NCBI GenBank assembly: GCA_031385045.1
Contig: JANNBC010000041.1
Location: 1-21,380 of the forward strand
Source of the DNA: a bacterium
Lineage (GTDB): Bacteria; Bdellovibrionota_C; UBA2361; CALJRW01
Direction: 5' to 3'
Length of the DNA: 21,380 nucleotides
The position numbers and the translations under genes are program-made. Of the stretch, positions 16,189 through 21,380 are shown one piece after another. The notes under the pieces were generated by a model. The model made no database searches and had not been told where the DNA came from. It was given only the letters and a program-made list of their open reading frames with translations. Within the stretch, counting starts at the first letter, position 1. Every line of letters begins with the position of its first letter.

Positions 16189-17618
16189 TTATAAATCTGC
16201 CATAGCTAACCCAACTCGACTTAACGAACCTCTAATCATTTGGGCACGATAGCTTGGTCCCCTACTCTCCAAAGCCTGAAATTTTTGATACTGTTTAATT
16301 AAAAATTTATGTGATTGATTATCTCCTGACTCAGCCAAGACCGCAATCGCCACACTAGAGATTGAGGGATCCATTAATGACTGAAGATGCGCACTAATTC
16401 GCTTGAGGGATCTTTTCTCGGGTTCTCTCTCAAAACTTGCGATTCCTAATCCAAGCAATCTTTTTGCTCTACAACTAATTGGAGCATCATAATCTCCAGC
16501 AATATCGTTCATTTGGGGTACAATTACAGACATGGCGGCATCAACGGCAACAGGTATTTTTGTATCAATCATTACCCGAGCAAAGTCATCAATGTTAATG
16601 GACTGGAATTGACCATTCACTATTACACTGCATGGCTGAATTTGATTTTGAATTTTTTTTCTAAGGACTAAATTTGAAGGATCTACTTTTAAAAGAAAAC
16701 TAGCTGCTACAGCTCTAGCACCGACTTCAAAGTCTTGTGAGTTAAAAATGTGCTTTAATTCCTGATTACATTCGACACCACTCGATTCTAAAAACTTAGC
16801 AATTTGAGTAACTGTTGAGAGATTAACTATGTTATTTGCTAAGCAATTTTTGAAATATTCAGAGTTATCTCCTTGTGGGTTTCTTGTTAGGATCTGCACA
16901 ACTCCTTCAAGAATATTAGGATCTGTAGTAGCGGATCCTAACTTTTTAAAGAACTCCAATTCAACTTTTGAAAGGTCCGTAAAACAATTGTATACTTTCT
17001 TTTGCGACTCAACTTCAATGTTAAAGACAGCTTGCATTACAAGACTAGTGTCCTCAAAACTTAAGTGTGGTAGTGATTCACGAAATGCTCTTATCGCTTT
17101 CTTCTCATCAGATCGAATAGCCTCTGAAAAGCCAGTTTTACTAGTTAATTTATCTAATAAAAGAGAATGATTTTCTTGCGAAGATTCCGCTAACAAACGA
17201 ATTAAAGCGAAAGTAGCTGCCGGAGACTTCTCAATAGCAAGTTTTAAAATGGCAGGATCTGGTTCCGCAATTTTACCAGCTACTGCTGTTAGGTAAGTAC
17301 TAAGTCCCCTATTTAAATCAGGAGCAAACATCACGACATCACTTATTAACTGTTCCCACTTTTCTGTTTTAGTTCCAACAAGCTTTTTTTCTCAGTATCA
17401 AGACTAGCTAAAACTTCTTTTAGATCATTTTCTAATTTACGGAATTCTATTGGATTATTAGCTGCACCTAATTTAGGCCCATAGATTTCACTAAAATAAT
17501 AATCTTGTTCAAAATGCCCATCCCCTTCATGTTCCACTCTAACCTTATATGGCACTAAGGAATTACTAGGTTGGGTGGAGGTTCCAAGTTCTAACGAAGC
17601 TACAGCTGATGTATTCAT
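16189..17618 (-). pseudogene. Helical (HEAT-like?) hypothetical protein, apparently split by a frameshift (ORFs 17346-17618 and 16189-17334)
   Basis: The downstream frame is open back to the A7 run (T7 at 17384-17390) and blocked by TGA just before it. Adding one A fuses both ORFs into 476 aa. Confidence 0.6.
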
Positions 17619-17833
17619 ATGTTTAAATTTTTACTTTTATAAAGTTATTATTCTGTATCACACTGGAAATTTTTTCCAAAGGAAGAAATGCTTAATATTT
17701 CCGAATGAATGTACTAACGCTTGTTTTATTTACTAAAACTTACTTTATCCAATTAGAAAAAAATCACCTTTTAACAAAAAAAGCTCATAACAGATTCCAG
17801 GATCAAGTTGGGTTAAAGCTGTCTTAAGGTGGA

Positions 17834-17873
17834 GCCAAGCTCACAGCCATTGATTTAAGGCTGTGAACCTGGC
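17834..17873 (-). repeat. 15-bp hairpin (REP-like or structured RNA)
   Basis: Minus strand GCCAGGTTCACAGCC-N10-GGCTGTGAGCTTGGC; both non-Watson-Crick positions are G-U pairs on this strand. Confidence 0.65.
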
Positions 17874-17961
17874 ACGTGGTAAAAACGTGGTAAAAACGGC
17901 TTATTATATTTAATAAATTGATCAGTTAGCTTTTAGCTGATGGCCACAAACTTAAATTGAT

Positions 17962-17988
17962 AAAAAAGGGGGACTGAAAAGCCCCCCC
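17962..17988 (-). terminator. Rho-independent terminator of the TSP3/propeller gene
   Basis: Minus strand GGGGGGGC-TTTTCA-GTCCCCC-TTTTTT, about 18 nt after the stop at 18007. Confidence 0.85.
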
Positions 17989-18006
17989 TAAATTAAGACA
18001 ATTAAA

Positions 18007-19573
18007 TTAATCTGCTTGTCTAACTGTTCCAGCCATATCAGCTGGGTCATTCGGAGCAAAAAGCACGATGTCAGGAGACGACGCACTAGTTACTGCCGCG
18101 GGGTTCGTGTAAATATTTAGTACACTATCACTCAAGTTAGCAACGATTAAGGAACCGTTAATTGTTAACATCCCACGAGCGCCAGCAGTTAAGCCTTGAG
18201 ATAAGGTTACTGAAGGTTTCTGACCTTCTGTTAATGCTGTTGGATTAGAGAATCCAGTAACATAAGGTCGATTATAAACATCTCCATCAACACCAGAACT
18301 TTTATTGCCAACGAAAAGTTTTTCTCCAGCGAGAGCAACACTAAATGGCTGATCGATCTGTGAAAACAATTCATTATCACCGAACAAGTAAGTGTCTGGG
18401 AATTGCGCATTGCTAAGCGATGTCAAATCAAAAACACTGACACCATTATGGGTATTATTCTGAGTATCTAAACCATACAAGTTATCACCTTGTACAGTAA
18501 TTTTACTAATATTTGGATCTGAGACAGTAGCGTCCGAGGCGCTAATTAAACCACTAATAGATGAGAAGTTCTCAAAGACTTTAATGTTAACATCACCGTC
18601 ACCACCAGATTCTAATCCAAATAGACGATCAGTTGCTGTATGCACTGAAGCACTATGGAAATTATTAATTGCTGGAATTTCTACATCTGGAGTACTAGTA
18701 TCAGTTAAGCTATCAGCATCTCGGAAGACAAAGATGCAGCTTTCTCGGTCAGCTACAAAAACTAAATCTCCACCAACGATTGCTAACTCTGCATTTGGGC
18801 CAACTCTTAATCCAGTGCAGTTAGTACCAGCGTTATCAGAATCCAAAACAAAATCTGGCGCTTGGTTAGTGGTAATGTCAGAGATGCTATTCCAAACTAG
18901 GATCGTATTAGTACAATCTTCTGCAATAAATACCCTTCCAGTTTCAGTTACAGCAGCAGCTCTAGGAGATAAAATGTTTGTAAGATACACTTGGTCCACC
19001 TACTCCAGAGGTATTACTCATTACATCATTATAGATTAAAACAGTTTCCTCACTACAATTGCTACTGCCATAGTCACCTGGTAACACTACTAAATCTAAA
19101 ACTTCACAGGCATTACCTGTTCCATCAGTGTCTTCATCTAACTGATTAGTATTAACTACACTCGGGCAATTATCTAATACATCAGCAACTGCATCTAAAT
19201 CACTATCAGCTTGGTTATTGTTAGGTACAGCTGGTGCATTATCACAAACGTTCCCAACTAAATCTAAATCTGTGTCCGCCTGATCAGAATTAGGAACTAG
19301 AGGACAGTTATCGAGAGAACGGCGATCTCCATCTAAATCTGAATCTCCAGTTTCAGAAGTAACTGAACAGTAGCGGGTCATCTTCAGTTTTCTACAACCC
19401 CTTGGATTAGCAAAATTAACACATTGAAGTGTGAACTGACGAATCTTTGTCATAAATAATTGTTGTTGCGCAGCATTCCTTTCCGCTTTAAGAGTACAAT
19501 CATTTGCTAATAAGATACTTGGAAAGCTCGCTAGCATTAGGCATAAACAGAGCAATGATTTAAATTTGGACAT
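18007..19573 (-). pseudogene. Secreted thrombospondin type-3 repeat plus beta-propeller protein, frameshifted near 18985 (ORFs 18962-19573 and 18007-18999)
   Basis: Signal peptide; DNCP..N.DQ.D.D.D..G..C repeats; then blade-like repeats (V/I-x-V/I-F/Y/W...P-D/S-x-x-L) whose first copy straddles the two ORFs. Confidence 0.8.
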
Positions 19574-19599
19574 TCTTTCTTCTCATCAAAAAATATAGT

Positions 19600-19623
19600 T
19601 TGCTATAAAGTTTTTTATAGCAA
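19600..19623. promoter_or_regulatory. Perfect 10-bp inverted repeat upstream of the TSP3 gene
   Basis: TTGCTATAAA-GTTT-TTTATAGCAA, about 26 nt upstream of the ATG at 19573. Confidence 0.45.
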
Positions 19624-19822
19624 GAAAAACTTACTGACAGAAATCTTAGAACATTACCTAGCTAATTGCCACAAAAAACTTAGTTTACTCTAATCCAGCG
19701 CAAAGCCATCACCTATTAATTTCTAGTTTTACGTATAATTAGACTGTCAGGTCGCTTTATTATTAAATTTTCAGCCGTGTTTAAGATTTATTTGTATCGT
19801 TAAAGTTCCGAGGGGGTGAGGA

Positions 19823-21052
19823 TTAAAGCTTATTTAAATCGATCTTTAGGTACGTTGCTTCTTCGTTAGTTAAAATTAATTTTCTACCTTTTATTAAATC
19901 TATAAATTCTTGGTTTTTAAAATACTTTAACGCTTCAAGGATTACTTTATGGTCAAAGCCTAAATTACTAGTACATGTTGCCAATTTAAGAGGTATCTCT
20001 TGTTTCATTCGCTTATAACTACCATTTTGATTATTAACTGCCCTAATAACTTCTTTTACAATTAGTGATAATTTTTGAATATCAAGCACCTTTCCATTAG
20101 GCAAAGATATTTCTGGTTTTTGATTTGCCGTTAGTTGATAAACTCCATTTTTGAATGATAACAACTTCCCTTCAGATACTAATCCTTGGAGCGCCACCTG
20201 AAGAATAGTATTGGCCGGAAGCATTAGCCCCTGACTTATCGCGTCACGTCCTAACTTATCAACTGTAAATAAATTATCACTTTCCCCAATCAATTTTACT
20301 ATCTTTCCTTTGGTTGCATGTATCTGACTTGAAAGATCTCGAACTTGTCTTTTGGCAATCGGTAGCACTTCTTCCCTTAAATAAGGATTATCTGCAAGAA
20401 GACTTGCTGTAAAAGATTCATTAAGTGAATTAGGGATAACTTTAGATTTTACAGTTAAGGTATCACTTCCCACGGAAACTAAATTATTAGCAATAAGAAA
20501 TTTAAAATGAGGGCTAACCTTAAGGAGGTCTAATAAACAACTTGTCTTCATTTCTAAATACTCTGCCCACTTTTGTATTTTAAGCGGCTCTTCTAAGTGC
20601 CGATTTTTTACGAACTCAAAAAAGGATTTAACCAATTCTTCGCTTGGTAATATTACTGAACTTAAATCTTTAGATATTATAAAAGCTGGAAATTTGCTTT
20701 GATCAAAAGTAAAAAGATCAGTTTTAAGTAATAGAAAGGCATTGATAGTCGGAAAGAATTCAGTAATAGGTTTGGAATTCGGATTAACACAGACCAAACC
20801 AAGATCGATCAGTGCGTCAAGTGCGTTAGCGGCTTTAGAATTAAAGAATTCATCAGATTCTCTAATGCCTTTTTGACCATGACTTTCAAGGTAGATTTTA
20901 ACTAATTTGAATAACTGATCCTTGTGTGAAGCTTTCAAATTCTTAGATTCCATCAAATCTAATGAGAAATCCTCACTTCCAGACATAGCAGCAATCTTAA
21001 ATGCTCCTAATTGAAAATTACTTTGATCTACTCTTTCGATTGATACATCCAT
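19823..21052 (-). CDS. Hypothetical cytoplasmic protein, possibly tandem winged-helix domains
   Basis: 409-aa ORF with four segments resembling a recognition helix plus wing: ALDALIDLGLV, FKFLIANNLV, ALQGLVSEGKL..GVYQL, ALKYFKNQEFI..RKLIL. Confidence 0.65.
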   Translation of the reverse strand: MDVSIERVDQSNFQLGAFKIAAMSGSEDFSLDLMESKNLKASHKDQLFKLVKIYLESHGQKGIRESDEFFNSKAANALDALIDLGLVCVNPNSKPITEFFPTINAFLLLKTDLFTFDQSKFPAFIISKDLSSVILPSEELVKSFFEFVKNRHLEEPLKIQKWAEYLEMKTSCLLDLLKVSPHFKFLIANNLVSVGSDTLTVKSKVIPNSLNESFTASLLADNPYLREEVLPIAKRQVRDLSSQIHATKGKIVKLIGESDNLFTVDKLGRDAISQGLMLPANTILQVALQGLVSEGKLLSFKNGVYQLTANQKPEISLPNGKVLDIQKLSLIVKEVIRAVNNQNGSYKRMKQEIPLKLATCTSNLGFDHKVILEALKYFKNQEFIDLIKGRKLILTNEEATYLKIDLNKL

Positions 21053-21240
21053 CTTGGAAATATAAATTCCTATTGATTCTTAGTCAAAAAAATATTTGTA
21101 TTTGAGAAATAGCTTGGAAGATTGCCTGGATTTACCCGATAATAGGAGATTATTTGAATATACAATTATTTTTAATTACCAGTTCAAGGTCTGCTACTAT
21201 ATTTTTTGATCTAGGACTGTCACTATGAGTCTTGTTTTCA

Positions 21241-21380
21241 ACCTCAGTTTTGGATAAGAGCAGTCTGAATTTGGTTAAAATTGATAGCAGGCTTAGTTGG
21301 TTTTAGTGAATAAGCGGCTAGAGCTCCGATGAGATTAACGAGGAAGTTTACCTTACTACGATGTCTGGAATGTTCCACCT
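21241..21380 (-). mobile_element. Right end of an IS982-family insertion sequence (partial)
   Basis: Transposase C-terminus whose stop codon lies in the presumptive terminal IR, ACCTCAGTTTTGGATAAG on the + strand from 21241. IS982-family ends begin with AC. Confidence 0.8.
21244..21378 (-). CDS. IS982-family transposase, C-terminal 44 aa (5' truncated by the window edge)
   Basis: My translation is VEHSRHRSKVNFLVNLIGALAAYSLKPTKPAINFNQIQTALIQN*; EHSRHRS..NF..NL...L.AY...P.KP is the C-terminal motif I recognise for this family. Confidence 0.85.
   Translation of the reverse strand: MEHSRHRSKVNFLVNLIGALAAYSLKPTKPAINFNQIQTALIQN

Noticed and set aside
1566..18584. Short overlapping ORFs starting at 1566, 2365, 2618, 3821, 6828, 7196, 8042, 9631, 12239, 16829 and 18584
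   Set aside because: They lie within or antisense to better-supported genes and have no recognisable motifs.
1..21380. CRISPR array, tRNA, rRNA, tmRNA, or integron attC array
   Set aside because: No regularly spaced repeats, cloverleafs or recognisable conserved RNA motifs were seen, and the hairpins lack RYYYAAC/GTTRRRY ends.

Overview
AT-rich bacterial accessory region, probably from a diderm (lipoproteins, AcvB, GlnD-like enzyme). It encodes a BclA-like collagen protein, a small Cys-rich secreted protein, a cbpA-cbpM pair, a very divergent GlnD-like protein, an acvB-mprF operon, an Nramp/MntH-USP fusion, two lipoproteins, a DUF3494 ice-binding protein with Cys-rich repeats and an unknown C-terminal domain, an orphan receiver protein and a possible tandem winged-helix protein. 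Signals the ORF track does not show: (1) three CRP/FNR-like boxes (TRTGA-N6-TCATR), each at class II activator spacing from a -10-like hexamer and each upstream of an exported protein; (2) two ORF pairs that look like single genes split by frameshifts; (3) a G11 tract in a putative promoter spacer; (4) several structured leaders; (5) the 3' end of an IS982-family element at the right edge. Family assignments come from motif recognition by eye, not database searches.
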